64,000 nucleotides of DNA from an uncultured bacterium (GTDB lineage: Bacteria; Oederibacteriota; Oederibacteriia; Oederibacteriales; Oederibacteriaceae): positions 1,344,001 to 1,408,000 of the forward strand of contig OZ218778.1 in assembly GCA_965112635.1 (NCBI GenBank). The letters are read 5' to 3'. Each line of letters begins with the position of its first letter. Position 1 is the stretch's first letter. The notes under the pieces were generated by a model. That model was given only the letters and a program-made list of their open reading frames with translations. It did no database searches and was not told the origin of the DNA. Positions 1-10,089 of the stretch are shown piece after piece. A program made the translations under genes and the position numbers.

Positions 1-1
1 C

Positions 2-1258
2 GTGGCTTTGACGGGAAAGAATTTCAACGGCCACAGGTTCGTGGCGCAAGTCAGGCAGAAAGGCGCTTGCGGAGCCCTGATCTCTGAGCCTTTGCAGACT
101 AGCCTGCCCGCTTCCTTTGTGCTGATCCGGGTGGCCGACACTCTGCGGGCGCTGCAGGACCTGGCCCAGGGTTACCGTTTGTATTTCGCGGTGCCGCTTA
201 TCGCCATCACGGGCAGCTGCGGCAAGACTACGACTAAAGAAATGGCCAGCCATATCCTGGGTCAGAAAAAGAAAGTGCTCAAGAACGAAGGCAACCTGAA
301 CAACCAGATCGGCGTGCCTTTGACCCTTTTTAGGCTCAACGCCAGCTATGAAGCGGCTGTCCTGGAGCTGGCCATGAGCGCCAAGGGAGAGATCAGGAGG
401 CTGACCGAGGTTTCTTCTCCTGATGTCGGAGCCGTGACCAATGTGGCGGCGGCGCATCTGCAGTTCTTAAAAACTTTGGACGGGGTCGCCCAAGCCAAAA
501 GCGAACTTCCCCAAGCTTTGGAGGAGGGCAAGACCCTGGTCCTCAACCGGGATGACCCGAGGGTTTGGGAGATGAGGCGTTACAGCAAGGGAGAGTTGAT
601 CAGTTTTGGATTACAAAAAGATTGCCGGGTCAGGGGTGAACGATTAAAGCCCACCCGCGGGGGAGGGATCAGTTTCCAGTTAGTTACCGGCGGCGGGCTG
701 ACCATGGTCAACCTCCGGCAACCCGGAGCGCACCAGGTTTACAACGCCCTAGCTGCAGCGTCCTGCGCCATAGCTTTGGGAGCGACTTTGGCGGACATCA
801 AAAAGGGGTTGGAAACCTTCAAACCTGTCCTTTCGGGTCGCTGGGAGAGGGTGAAGCTTCAGGGGGTGAATTTCATCAACGATTCTTATAATGCCAACCC
901 GTTTTCCATGGGAGCCGCCCTTGCGGCTTTCCATCAGGAAAAAGCCAGGGGCGGACGCAAGATCGCGGTGCTGGGAGAAATGAAGGAGCTGGGTAAAGAG
1001 ACCAAGAAGCTCCACCGTGAAGTCGGTAAAAAAGCGGTCCAAGCCAGCCTGTTCGGACTGCTGACCGTAGGCAAGATGGGAAAAGAGATCGCCAGAGCCG
1101 CCCGGAGAGAGGGGCTGGCCAATACCTTATGTTTCCAAGACCCGCAAGAAGCTGGTTTGGCCCTGCGGGAATTGGCCAAAGCCAAAGATGTCGTGTTTTT
1201 AAAAGCTTCCAGGGCGGTAGGCCTGGAAAAAATCTTAGAGACATTCAAGGAACATTGA
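2..1258 (+). CDS. murF: UDP-N-acetylmuramoyl-tripeptide--D-alanyl-D-alanine ligase (5' end outside window)
   Basis: P-loop ITGSCGKTTTKE; NLNNQIGVP, NDSYNANP, LGEMKELG and KASR motifs; directly upstream of mraY. Confidence 0.96.
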   Translation: MALTGKNFNGHRFVAQVRQKGACGALISEPLQTSLPASFVLIRVADTLRALQDLAQGYRLYFAVPLIAITGSCGKTTTKEMASHILGQKKKVLKNEGNLNNQIGVPLTLFRLNASYEAAVLELAMSAKGEIRRLTEVSSPDVGAVTNVAAAHLQFLKTLDGVAQAKSELPQALEEGKTLVLNRDDPRVWEMRRYSKGELISFGLQKDCRVRGERLKPTRGGGISFQLVTGGGLTMVNLRQPGAHQVYNALAAASCAIALGATLADIKKGLETFKPVLSGRWERVKLQGVNFINDSYNANPFSMGAALAAFHQEKARGGRKIAVLGEMKELGKETKKLHREVGKKAVQASLFGLLTVGKMGKEIARAARREGLANTLCFQDPQEAGLALRELAKAKDVVFLKASRAVGLEKILETFKEH

Positions 1259-1276
1259 ACCGAAGGGGGGAGGAGC

Positions 1277-2362
1277 ATGCTCTATTACTGGTTATATCCC
1301 TTGCATGAGAAGCTGCACGTCCTGAACGTTTTCCGCTACATCACGTTCAGGTCCGTTTACGCAGCCATTACGGCGTTCTTGATCTGCCTTCTCTTGGGAG
1401 GATGGTTGATTAAGGTCCTTAGAAACGCGAAATTCTCCCAACCCATCCGTTCCGACGGACCCCAGGCCCATCAGGGCAAGCAGGGGACTCCCACGATGGG
1501 GGGGTTGTTGATCGTGATGGCGGTGATCTTTTCCTCGGCGCTATGGGGCAAGCTGCAGAACCCCATGCTTCTCCTGGTCTGTTTTGCCATGGTCTGGTTC
1601 GGCGGAGTAGGATTTGTCGACGACCTGCTTAAATTGATCTTCAAAGGGTCCAAGGGTCTTAGGGCCTGGCAAAAGATCGTGCTGCAAACGGTTGGGTCGG
1701 TCATCGTTGTCCTTTTGTACCTCAATTTTTTGCCGGCGGACTATCCCTATTCCACTTCTGTAATCTTCCCGTTCGTCAAAGAACCGGTGCGGCTGGAATG
1801 GACTTATTTTGCCTTTACGACGCTGGTCCTGGTCGGCGCCTCCAACGCCGTTAACCTGACCGACGGCCTGGACGGGCTGGCCATAGGCTCGTCGCTTTTA
1901 TCCACCCTGGCTTTTACCGTCATCACCTATCTCGTGGGAAATGTCAAATACAGCCAGTACCTGCACATCCTCTATGTCCCCAATTCCAGCGAGCTAACGG
2001 TCTTTTGCGCGGCCCTGGCCGGGGCGAGTTTGGGATTCCTCTGGTTCAACACTTATCCTGCCCAGGTTTTCATGGGCGATACCGGTTCCCTGGCTCTGGG
2101 CGGTGCGCTGGGGACGGTCGCGGTCATCGTCAAACAGGAAGCCTTATTGGTCATCGTGGGCGGCATTTTCGTGCTGGAGGCCTTGTCTGTGATCTTGCAG
2201 GTGACCTCGTTCAAACTGAGGAAGAAAAGGATCTTCCGGATGGCCCCGCTTCACCACCATTTCGAACTGGGTGGCTTGAGTGAGCCAAAGGTCATCGTCC
2301 GGTTCTGGATCATGGCGATCATTCTATCGCTTTTGACCCTGAGCACTTTAAAGCTGAGGTAG
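1277..2362 (+). CDS. mraY: Phospho-N-acetylmuramoyl-pentapeptide transferase
   Basis: KQGTPTMGG, NAVNLTDGLDGL, FMGDTGSLALG and MAPLHHHFE motifs; GGAGG RBS. Confidence 0.98.
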   Translation: MLYYWLYPLHEKLHVLNVFRYITFRSVYAAITAFLICLLLGGWLIKVLRNAKFSQPIRSDGPQAHQGKQGTPTMGGLLIVMAVIFSSALWGKLQNPMLLLVCFAMVWFGGVGFVDDLLKLIFKGSKGLRAWQKIVLQTVGSVIVVLLYLNFLPADYPYSTSVIFPFVKEPVRLEWTYFAFTTLVLVGASNAVNLTDGLDGLAIGSSLLSTLAFTVITYLVGNVKYSQYLHILYVPNSSELTVFCAALAGASLGFLWFNTYPAQVFMGDTGSLALGGALGTVAVIVKQEALLVIVGGIFVLEALSVILQVTSFKLRKKRIFRMAPLHHHFELGGLSEPKVIVRFWIMAIILSLLTLSTLKLR

Positions 2363-2389
2363 AAAGACGGTCACAAAAAGAAAGGGATA

Positions 2390-3763
2390 TTGATGCTGGA
2401 TGTAAAAAACAAAAAAGTGACGGTCATGGGGTTCGGCAGGAGCGGCGTGGCCGCAGCCAGGCTGCTTTTAGAGCAGGGCGCCAAAGTGACCATCAGCGAC
2501 ATCAAAAGCAAGGTGGAGCTGGCCGAAGGTCTGAAGACCCTGGCCGGTTTTGAGTTCGAATGCGAGACCGGAGGGCATAAAGAGGAGACCCTGCGCCAGA
2601 GCGACCTGATCATCGTGGCGCCGGGTATCCCCCTGTCTTTGCCGGTCCTGAAAAAGGCACGAGAGACGGGAGTGCCCATATTCGGAGAGATCGAGCTGGC
2701 TTACCACTTCTGCGCCGCGCCAATCCTGGCGGTCACCGGCACTAAGGGCAAAACGACCACCTGCTCATGGACCGGCGAAATGCTCAGGAAAAGCGGTATT
2801 GAAACGGCTGTGGCCGGCAATATTGGCAACCTGGCTTTCAGCGCGGTGGCAAGCAGAATGAAACCCTCGGGCTGGGTGGTGCTGGAGGTCAGCAGTTTCC
2901 AGCTGGAAGGCACCGTGGAGTTCAACCCCAAACTGTGCGCCATTACCAACATCACGGCAGACCATCTGGACCGTTACGAGAACATCCAGCAGTACGTGGA
3001 GGCCAAGGCCTTGATCCTGCGCAACCAAAAGAAGGAAGACGTGGCGCTTTTAAACCAGGAAGACAAGTACACACCGCTTCTGGCTTCTCAGGCCAAGGGC
3101 AAGGTGCTTTATTTCAGCCGTGAAAAGGAGGTCAGTGAGGGTGCCTGTCTCAAGGACAAGACCATGGTCCTGCGCTTGAAAGGCAAGGAATATAAACTTG
3201 TGCCTGCCGCTGCCCTGTCTCTGAGGGGACCCCATAACATCGAGAACGGTTTGGTCGCCAGCACCCTGGCTTTCCTGGCCAGCGCGGACCCGGCCTATAT
3301 CTGCGAGAGTCTGCAAACCTTTAAAGGGGTGGAGCACCGCTTGGAGTTCGTCAGCGAGGTCAAAGGGGTAAGTTTTTACAATAATTCCCAGGGCACGAAC
3401 ATCGACGCGGTTGCCAAATCCCTTTTGAGCTTTGAGGAGCCTCTGCACGTGATCATGGGCGGCAGGGACAAGGGCGCGGATTTCACTGCGTTGAGGGATC
3501 TAGTTTCGGCCCGCGTCAAGACGGTCCTGGTCCTGGGCGAAGCCAAGGAAAAGATCAGGCAGAGCCTCCAGGGTGCCACACGCCTGGAGGAGGTCCAGGA
3601 CCTGGCTGAAGCGGTCCGCAAAGCCTTTGGCTTGAGCCGGCCCGGTGAAGTAGTCCTTTTGTCGCCGGCCTGCGCGAGTTTTGACATGTTCAAAAGTTAT
3701 GAGGAGCGAGGACAGGTGTTCAAGCAGGAAGTTTTTAAGCTCAAAAAGGAAGAGGAAAGATGA
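2390..3763 (+). CDS. murD: UDP-N-acetylmuramoyl-L-alanine--D-glutamate ligase
   Basis: GFGRSG, TGTKGKTT, EVSSFQLE, DHLDRY, HRLE, GGRDKG and LSPACASFDMF motifs; dcw position. Confidence 0.96.
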   Translation: MMLDVKNKKVTVMGFGRSGVAAARLLLEQGAKVTISDIKSKVELAEGLKTLAGFEFECETGGHKEETLRQSDLIIVAPGIPLSLPVLKKARETGVPIFGEIELAYHFCAAPILAVTGTKGKTTTCSWTGEMLRKSGIETAVAGNIGNLAFSAVASRMKPSGWVVLEVSSFQLEGTVEFNPKLCAITNITADHLDRYENIQQYVEAKALILRNQKKEDVALLNQEDKYTPLLASQAKGKVLYFSREKEVSEGACLKDKTMVLRLKGKEYKLVPAAALSLRGPHNIENGLVASTLAFLASADPAYICESLQTFKGVEHRLEFVSEVKGVSFYNNSQGTNIDAVAKSLLSFEEPLHVIMGGRDKGADFTALRDLVSARVKTVLVLGEAKEKIRQSLQGATRLEEVQDLAEAVRKAFGLSRPGEVVLLSPACASFDMFKSYEERGQVFKQEVFKLKKEEER

Positions 3764-4863
3764 GGAAAGGTTTTCCGGATATCTCTTTGTTCCTGGCGGT
3801 CCTAGTCCTGGTGGGGTTCGGGATGGTGATGGTGTATTCCACCAGCGCTATCCTGGCCAATGACCGCTACCATGACAGCGCCTATTTTCTCAAAAGGCAG
3901 GTCGTTTGGACTTTCATCGGTCTGGCGGCAATGGCTTTTGGCATGGTCGTAGATTATTCCAAATGGAGAGTGTGGGTCAAATTCATGCTGATCGCCTCCT
4001 GCGTGCTCCTTTTAGCGGTGCTCATCCCCGGGATCGGCAAGCGCGTCGGCGGGGCGAGGCGCTGGATCGGTTTTGCGTCACTGACCTTCCAGCCCAGCGA
4101 GATCGCCAAGCTCGGTCTCATCTTTTTCACGGCCAGCTGGCTGTCTAAAAAGGACGACCAAGTCAGGGATTTCTGGCAGGGGGTCATGCCTCCGGTCCTG
4201 GTCCTGGGCCTGATGTCGCTTTTGCTGTTGCGGCAGCCTGACCTGGGAACCACGGTGGTCCTAGCACTCATCGTCCTGGTGCTGTTGTTCGCGGCTGGGA
4301 TCAAGATATGGCATCTGCTGCTGCCCCTGGGAGCGATCATCCCCGCGGTCTATCTGTTGATCCTACGTGTCCCTTACCGCAGAGCCCGTATCCTGGCCTT
4401 TTGGGACCCCTGGAGCGATCCCTTGAAAAAAGGTTTTCAGATCATCCAGTCCATGATCGCGCTGGGATCCGGGGGGATCATGGGCGTAGGGCTGGGCGAA
4501 AGCAAACAAAAACTTTTTTATCTGCCCGAACCGCACACGGATTTCATCTTCGCCATTTTGGGCGAAGAACTTGGCCTGGCCGGCACGGTTCTTGTGACTT
4601 TACTATTTTTCTTTCTAGCGCTTAAAGGTTTTCAGATCGCATCCCGGGCACCGGATATGTTCGGCTGCCTGCTGGCCTGCGGGTTGACCTGTCTTTTGGG
4701 TCTGCAGGCGCTGGTCAATATCGGCGTGGTGGTGGGGTTGTTGCCCACCAAGGGCATCACATTACCCTTCATCAGTTTCGGGGGGTCCTCGCTGGTCCTG
4801 ACCCTTTTTGCCGCGGGGATCCTACTGAACATTTCCAGGACCCAGGTCAAGAGCAGGTTGTAG
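3760..4863 (+). CDS. ftsW: SEDS peptidoglycan polymerase FtsW
   Basis: GARRWI, FQPSEIAK, QPDLGT, YLPEPHTDFIF and LPFISFGGSS motifs; polytopic membrane protein. Confidence 0.96.
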   Translation: MRKGFPDISLFLAVLVLVGFGMVMVYSTSAILANDRYHDSAYFLKRQVVWTFIGLAAMAFGMVVDYSKWRVWVKFMLIASCVLLLAVLIPGIGKRVGGARRWIGFASLTFQPSEIAKLGLIFFTASWLSKKDDQVRDFWQGVMPPVLVLGLMSLLLLRQPDLGTTVVLALIVLVLLFAAGIKIWHLLLPLGAIIPAVYLLILRVPYRRARILAFWDPWSDPLKKGFQIIQSMIALGSGGIMGVGLGESKQKLFYLPEPHTDFIFAILGEELGLAGTVLVTLLFFFLALKGFQIASRAPDMFGCLLACGLTCLLGLQALVNIGVVVGLLPTKGITLPFISFGGSSLVLTLFAAGILLNISRTQVKSRL

Positions 4864-4876
4864 AAAAAGAATTGAT

Positions 4877-5995
4877 ATGAAGGAGCGCAAGTTGAAATTG
4901 ATCGTATCAGGAGGCGGGACAGGAGGGCATATCTATCCCGCCATCGCCATTGCCAAGGAGGCCCAGCAGAGGCTCAAGGGCCTAGAGGTGGTTTTTGTGG
5001 GCACTTCCAAAGGCCTGGAAGCCTCGGTGGTCCCCAAGCAGGGGCTGGCTTTCAGGGCCATCACCGTGGAAGGGTGGCCCCGGGTGCTGTCCTGGAAGAT
5101 GGTGACCGCTTTTTTCAAGATGTTCAAGGGTTTTGGGGACTCCTGGAAAGTCCTCGGAGAGATCAAGCCCGATATCGTCATTGGCACGGGGGGGTATGTA
5201 TGCGGGCCGGTTGTGCTGGCCGCGATTTTGAGGGGTATCCCCACGATGCTGCATGAATCCAATCTTTCACCGGGCATGACCGTGAAGCTGCTTTCCCGGT
5301 TGGTCAGCAAGGTGCTGGTCTCTTTCGAGGAGACCAAAACAAAGATCGGCGGCTCAACTGTGCTGACAGGAACGCCTATCACCCCGGAGATCCTCAGGGT
5401 CCAGCGCCAGCGTTCTTACGAGGCATTCGGTTTCGACCCTGCCAAGCCCACGGTGTTCGTCCTGGGCGGGAGCCAGGGGGCGCACTCTATCAACCTGGCC
5501 ATGGTGGAAGCGCTGACCTTTTTGGCCGAGCACCAGCCGCCCCTGCAGGTACTTTTTATGACGGGGCTGAAGGATTACCAGTATGTGCTGGATGAATGCG
5601 AAAAAAATGCGCTCAAACCAGTGGTCAAATCGTTCCTTTATAACATGCCCGAGGCCTACGCGGTGGCAGACCTGGTGGTGTCCCGCGCCGGGGCCATGAC
5701 CGTGGCCGAGATTACGGCAAGGGGCATCCCGGCGGTGTTGATCCCTTACCCGCATTCGGCCAACCAGCACCAGGCCCGCAATGCGGAACTTCTGCGGGAC
5801 AAAGGGGCGGCTCAAATCATCGACGACAAAGATCTGTCCGGAGTGGTTTTGAGCAGGAAGATCAGCGAAATTTTGGGGAATGCCGAACAGCTTAAAAAGA
5901 TGGCCCAGGCCAGCAAGGCCCTGGGCAACCCCAAGGCCGGGGAAAAAATCGTGGCTGAGATCCAAAGTCTGTTGGAAGCGAGGAAAAAGAAGTGA
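4877..5995 (+). CDS. murG: Lipid II N-acetylglucosaminyltransferase
   Basis: GGGTGGHIYPA, GTGGYV, GGSQGA, SRAGAMT and HQARNA motifs. Confidence 0.97.
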   Translation: MKERKLKLIVSGGGTGGHIYPAIAIAKEAQQRLKGLEVVFVGTSKGLEASVVPKQGLAFRAITVEGWPRVLSWKMVTAFFKMFKGFGDSWKVLGEIKPDIVIGTGGYVCGPVVLAAILRGIPTMLHESNLSPGMTVKLLSRLVSKVLVSFEETKTKIGGSTVLTGTPITPEILRVQRQRSYEAFGFDPAKPTVFVLGGSQGAHSINLAMVEALTFLAEHQPPLQVLFMTGLKDYQYVLDECEKNALKPVVKSFLYNMPEAYAVADLVVSRAGAMTVAEITARGIPAVLIPYPHSANQHQARNAELLRDKGAAQIIDDKDLSGVVLSRKISEILGNAEQLKKMAQASKALGNPKAGEKIVAEIQSLLEARKKK

Positions 5996-7380
5996 AACCA
6001 GAACAGGCCATGTTCCAAAAGGTCAAAAAGCTCCATTTTGTGGGCATAGGCGGCACGGGCATGTGCGGCATCGCGGAGGTGCTCTTGACCATGGGCTATA
6101 GCGTCTCGGGCTCTGACCAGAAAGACAGCCCTGTCCTGGAGCATTTGAGGAGCATGGGCGGAGTGGTTTATGTGGGGCACCGCGCGGAACAGGTCAATGA
6201 CGCTCAGGCGGTAGTAGTCTCCAATGCCGTGCCCATGGATAACGTGGAGGTCGCCGAAGCCAAGGCCAAAAAGATTCCGGTCATTCCCAGGGCGGAGATG
6301 CTCTCCGAGCTGATGCGCATCAAATACGGGATCGCCATCTCAGGCACCCACGGCAAGACCACCACGACCTCCATGGTCTCGACCATACTTTTTGAGGCTG
6401 GATTTGACCCAACCTTTGTCATCGGAGGCAAACTCAACAGCATGGGCAAGCACGGTCATGTGGGGCAGGGCCCACACCTAGTCGTGGAAGCAGACGAGGC
6501 TTTTGGGTCGTTCCTGCACTTGAATCCCAGCCTGGCGGTCGTGACCAATATTGACAACGACCACCTGGATTTTTACAAAGACATGGATTCTTTGAAAAAG
6601 GCGTTCCTAACCTTTATCAACCGAGTTCCTTTTTACAGTTGCGCAATCCTGTGCGATGACGACCCGGTCGTCAAAAGCCTTTACCCATCCGTCACGCGGC
6701 GGGTGGTCACCTACGGCCTGGGCAACCAGTGCCAGCTCAAGGCGAAAAACATCACCCTATGCCAGGGCCGCACGACCTTTGAGGTCATTTACCAGGACAA
6801 AAAGCTTGGCGAGGCCTCCATCCTGGTGCACGGCGAACACAATGTCAGGAACGCGCTGGCCGCCACGGGCGTGGGCCTGGAAATGGATATCCCCTTTGAA
6901 AAGATCAGTAAAGGTTTGGCCTCGTTCACCGGCGTGGAAAGGCGGTTCCAGACCAAAGGAGAAAAGAAAGGTGTTTGGGTGGTGGATGATTACGCCCACC
7001 ACCCGTCAGAGATCAGCGCGACCTTAAAAGCCGCGAAAGCCCTGGCCAAAGGCAGGGTCATTGCGATCTTTCAGCCGCACCTTTTCAGCCGTACCAAGCT
7101 TCTGCATTGGGCGTTCGCGGAGGCCTTGCAGGAGGCCGATGTGGTCTATCTGACCGATATATACCCGGCCAGGGAACTGCCTCAGCCGGGGGTGACCACG
7201 GGATTGATCGTGGACGACCTAAAAACACTGAACAAACAGAACGTGAACTTCATTCCTGACCGGGCCAAGGTGGCCTCCACGGTGGCCCAGCAGGTAAAGG
7301 CTGGAGACCTTGTCTTGACCATGGGGGCCGGGAATATTTGGCAGACCGGCGAAGAAATACTCCAATGTCTGGGTGCTTGA
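5992..7380 (+). CDS. murC: UDP-N-acetylmuramate--L-alanine ligase
   Basis: HFVGIGGTGM, GTHGKTTT, EADE, DDYAHHPSEI and FQPH motifs; start may be the ATG at 6010. Confidence 0.97.
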   Translation: MKPEQAMFQKVKKLHFVGIGGTGMCGIAEVLLTMGYSVSGSDQKDSPVLEHLRSMGGVVYVGHRAEQVNDAQAVVVSNAVPMDNVEVAEAKAKKIPVIPRAEMLSELMRIKYGIAISGTHGKTTTTSMVSTILFEAGFDPTFVIGGKLNSMGKHGHVGQGPHLVVEADEAFGSFLHLNPSLAVVTNIDNDHLDFYKDMDSLKKAFLTFINRVPFYSCAILCDDDPVVKSLYPSVTRRVVTYGLGNQCQLKAKNITLCQGRTTFEVIYQDKKLGEASILVHGEHNVRNALAATGVGLEMDIPFEKISKGLASFTGVERRFQTKGEKKGVWVVDDYAHHPSEISATLKAAKALAKGRVIAIFQPHLFSRTKLLHWAFAEALQEADVVYLTDIYPARELPQPGVTTGLIVDDLKTLNKQNVNFIPDRAKVASTVAQQVKAGDLVLTMGAGNIWQTGEEILQCLGA

Positions 7381-7436
7381 CGCTGCTGCCCGGCAATGTC
7401 CGGACAGAAGATATTAGTGCTGAAGCGGAGAGTTTT

Positions 7437-8315
7437 ATGAAATTAGGAAAACTGGAAATAACGGAGAACCAGAGGCTGGCGCCTTTTACCTCCTACAAGG
7501 TGGGAGGGAAAGCGGATTATTTTTGCGAAGTGGAGGACACAGACGGTCTGAAGCAGGTCGTGGATTGGTGGCGCAAGGAAGGCAAACCGTTCTTTATCCT
7601 GGGCAAAGGCACCAACCTGCTCATCAGGGACGGGGGCATTCGGGGTTTGGTGATCAAACTCGGGGGCGAGTTCAAAAAGGTTGTGTTTACCGGCAGCACC
7701 GCGGTAGCCGGCGCAGGTCTGGAGATCGTCCTGCTGGCCCGGCATACCCAGGATCAGGGGCTGGCGGGTTTAGAATTTTTAAGCGGCATCCCAGGGTCGC
7801 TGGGCGGCGCGCTCATTATGAATGCCGGGGCGCATGGCCACTCCATTGGCGATTATGTGCAGAGCGTGCTGGTTTTGGAGGATAAGGGCGTTTTGAGGGA
7901 AATTTCCAAGGAAGAGGCGGGTTTTAAATACCGAGGCAGCGCTTTGGCAGGCAAAGTCATTTTATCGGCCACGCTTTTGCTGGCCAAAGGAGACCCGCGG
8001 GAAATAGGGGAAAGAGGGGTCAGTTTCAGCAGGCTCAGGGCACAAACCCAGCCGCTGGGACAGCCCAGCGCCGGGTCGGTCTTTAAAAATCCGGAAGGAG
8101 ACCACGCAGCCAGGCTTATCGAAGCTGCCGGGCTCAAGGGTTTAGCCGTGGGAGGCGCCCAGGTCTCGGAAAAACACGCGAATTTTATTGTTAACACGGG
8201 CCAGGCCACGGCCAGGGACATTTTGGTCTTGATCGACAAGATACAACAGGAAGTAAAAACAAAAACAGGCAAGGAATTAGAACTAGAGATCAAAGTCGTG
8301 GGGGTGGATGCATGA
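7437..8315 (+). CDS. murB: UDP-N-acetylenolpyruvoylglucosamine reductase
   Basis: LGKGTNLL, GIPGSLGGALIMNAGA, PSAGSVFKNP and SEKHANF motifs; ATG at 7437 preferred over the track start 7338, which overlaps murC. Confidence 0.95.
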   Translation: MKLGKLEITENQRLAPFTSYKVGGKADYFCEVEDTDGLKQVVDWWRKEGKPFFILGKGTNLLIRDGGIRGLVIKLGGEFKKVVFTGSTAVAGAGLEIVLLARHTQDQGLAGLEFLSGIPGSLGGALIMNAGAHGHSIGDYVQSVLVLEDKGVLREISKEEAGFKYRGSALAGKVILSATLLLAKGDPREIGERGVSFSRLRAQTQPLGQPSAGSVFKNPEGDHAARLIEAAGLKGLAVGGAQVSEKHANFIVNTGQATARDILVLIDKIQQEVKTKTGKELELEIKVVGVDA

Positions 8316-9223
8316 AAGCAAGACCCAGGGTCGCTGTTCTGATGGGCGGGGTTTCCGCGGAGAGACCTATTTCCCTCATGACAGGCCAGGCGGTGGCCAA
8401 TTCTATCAAGAAGGAACTCAGGTATCCCTGCGTGAGCCTGGATGTCAAGAACAAGAACGCCTTGAGAAAACTATTGACCGGAATGTTCGACGTGGTTTTT
8501 ATCGCCCTGCACGGCCCCTTCGGCGAGGACGGCCGCATCCAAGGATTTTTGGAAATGGCCGGCCTGCCTTATACCGGCTCCGGCGTGCTAGCCAGCGCCC
8601 TGGCCATGGACAAAGTAGCAGCCAAGCAGATCTTCGAAGCGCAGGGTGTTTTGACGCCCAGCTGGCAGGTCTTTAAAAAAGGTAAAGCCCAAAAACTTAC
8701 CCTGGCCCTGCCCGTGGTGGTCAAACCTTCGAGCCAGGGTTCGGCCATCGGCGTCACGATCGTCCGCGAGCGGCAGCAGTTCGCCCGAGCTTTGGCTAAG
8801 TCATTCAGATTCGGGCCCGTGGTCCTTGTCGAAAAATACATTCCGGCCAGGGAGCTTACCGTGGCCCAGCTCGGGGAAAAGAGCCTGCCGGTCATTGAGA
8901 TAAAACCCAAGACGAGTTTTTACGATTACACCGCCAAATACAAAAAGGGGATGTCTGTGCATGTCCTGCCTGCTCCGTTATCCACGGCAGTGGCACAGAG
9001 AGTACAGGCGGCAGCTAAAAAGGCCTACCAGGTCCTGGGCTGCCAAGGAGCGGCCCGCGTGGACATTCTATTGAGCAGGTCGGGCAAGGTTTATGTCCTG
9101 GAGGTCAACACCATCCCGGGTATGACCACCACGAGCCTGCTGCCGGAGGCGGCCAAGGCCATGGGTTTTTCATTCAGCCAGCTGGTCAAAAAAATGCTCC
9201 AGATGGCCTGCAGCGGCTCGTAA
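8312..9223 (+). CDS. ddl: D-alanine--D-alanine ligase
   Basis: LMGGVSAER, ALHGPFGEDG, PYTGSG, FYDYTAKY and LEVNTIPGMT motifs. Confidence 0.97.
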   Translation: MKARPRVAVLMGGVSAERPISLMTGQAVANSIKKELRYPCVSLDVKNKNALRKLLTGMFDVVFIALHGPFGEDGRIQGFLEMAGLPYTGSGVLASALAMDKVAAKQIFEAQGVLTPSWQVFKKGKAQKLTLALPVVVKPSSQGSAIGVTIVRERQQFARALAKSFRFGPVVLVEKYIPARELTVAQLGEKSLPVIEIKPKTSFYDYTAKYKKGMSVHVLPAPLSTAVAQRVQAAAKKAYQVLGCQGAARVDILLSRSGKVYVLEVNTIPGMTTTSLLPEAAKAMGFSFSQLVKKMLQMACSGS

Positions 9224-9239
9224 GCCGGAGAGGACAAGA

Positions 9240-10067
9240 ATGCAGCAATACGTTTTCTACACGGGAGAGCAGAGCAAAGGGTTCAAGGCTTTTTCTCCCA
9301 AAGAGACAGAAAAGGAAAGGACAGGACGTCGTTTCAGGATGGGCCGGTATGTGATCCTGGTCCTGGCGATGGCCATGGTCGGCCTATTGGTCACTTTTAC
9401 CAACCAGGAAGGGACGGGACACCGATGGATTTCCCGCATCGGGTTTTTCAAAGTAAGGTCGGTGGTTTTCCTGGGATGCCAGGGTCTGTCCAGCCAAGAA
9501 TTACTTAAGGCCGGCCAGGTGCCCGGCCTCAGTGGTTCCTTATGGGATTTCCCCGCAAAGCAGGTGCAGGCGAACTTGAACGATTTCGCCAGGCTGAAAA
9601 AAGCGAGTGTGTGGCGTGTACCTCCTCAATGGGTGGTTATTTTGATCAAAGAAAGGGAGCCGTTGGCGCTTATTCAGGCCGACGGGATCGAAGCGTTTGA
9701 CGCAGAAGGCCGGATCTTCCCGTTGTCCGGCAACGAAAGGGGGGTGGTCTTACCGTTGGTGACCGGCATTACGCTGAGCGGGACTGCACCCCAGGTCGTG
9801 GACAAGGCCTGCGTGAACAAATGCCGGGAGATTTTCAAAGCGGCCGGAGGGTTTCTTGACGAGATCTCGGAGGTCAACCTATCCGATGCAAAGAACGCGG
9901 TCCTATACACCAACAGCGGGATCAATGTCACGTTAGGAGAAGGGAATCTAGAGAACAAATTCGAACATCTCAGGGAGATCTGGGCGAAATTCCCCAGCCT
10001 GGGCAAAAAAGTGGAACGGGTCGACCTGCGCTGGAACGGGCAGGCCGCCGTAAAAGTCAAATCTTAA
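9240..10067 (+). CDS. ftsQ: Cell division protein FtsQ/DivIB
   Basis: Basic N-terminus, single TM, POTRA-like segment, KEREPLA and C-terminal VDLRW; lies between ddl and ftsA. Confidence 0.85.
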   Translation: MQQYVFYTGEQSKGFKAFSPKETEKERTGRRFRMGRYVILVLAMAMVGLLVTFTNQEGTGHRWISRIGFFKVRSVVFLGCQGLSSQELLKAGQVPGLSGSLWDFPAKQVQANLNDFARLKKASVWRVPPQWVVILIKEREPLALIQADGIEAFDAEGRIFPLSGNERGVVLPLVTGITLSGTAPQVVDKACVNKCREIFKAAGGFLDEISEVNLSDAKNAVLYTNSGINVTLGEGNLENKFEHLREIWAKFPSLGKKVERVDLRWNGQAAVKVKS

Positions 10068-10089
10068 AAGGAGGAAGGGGGGTGGAAAA

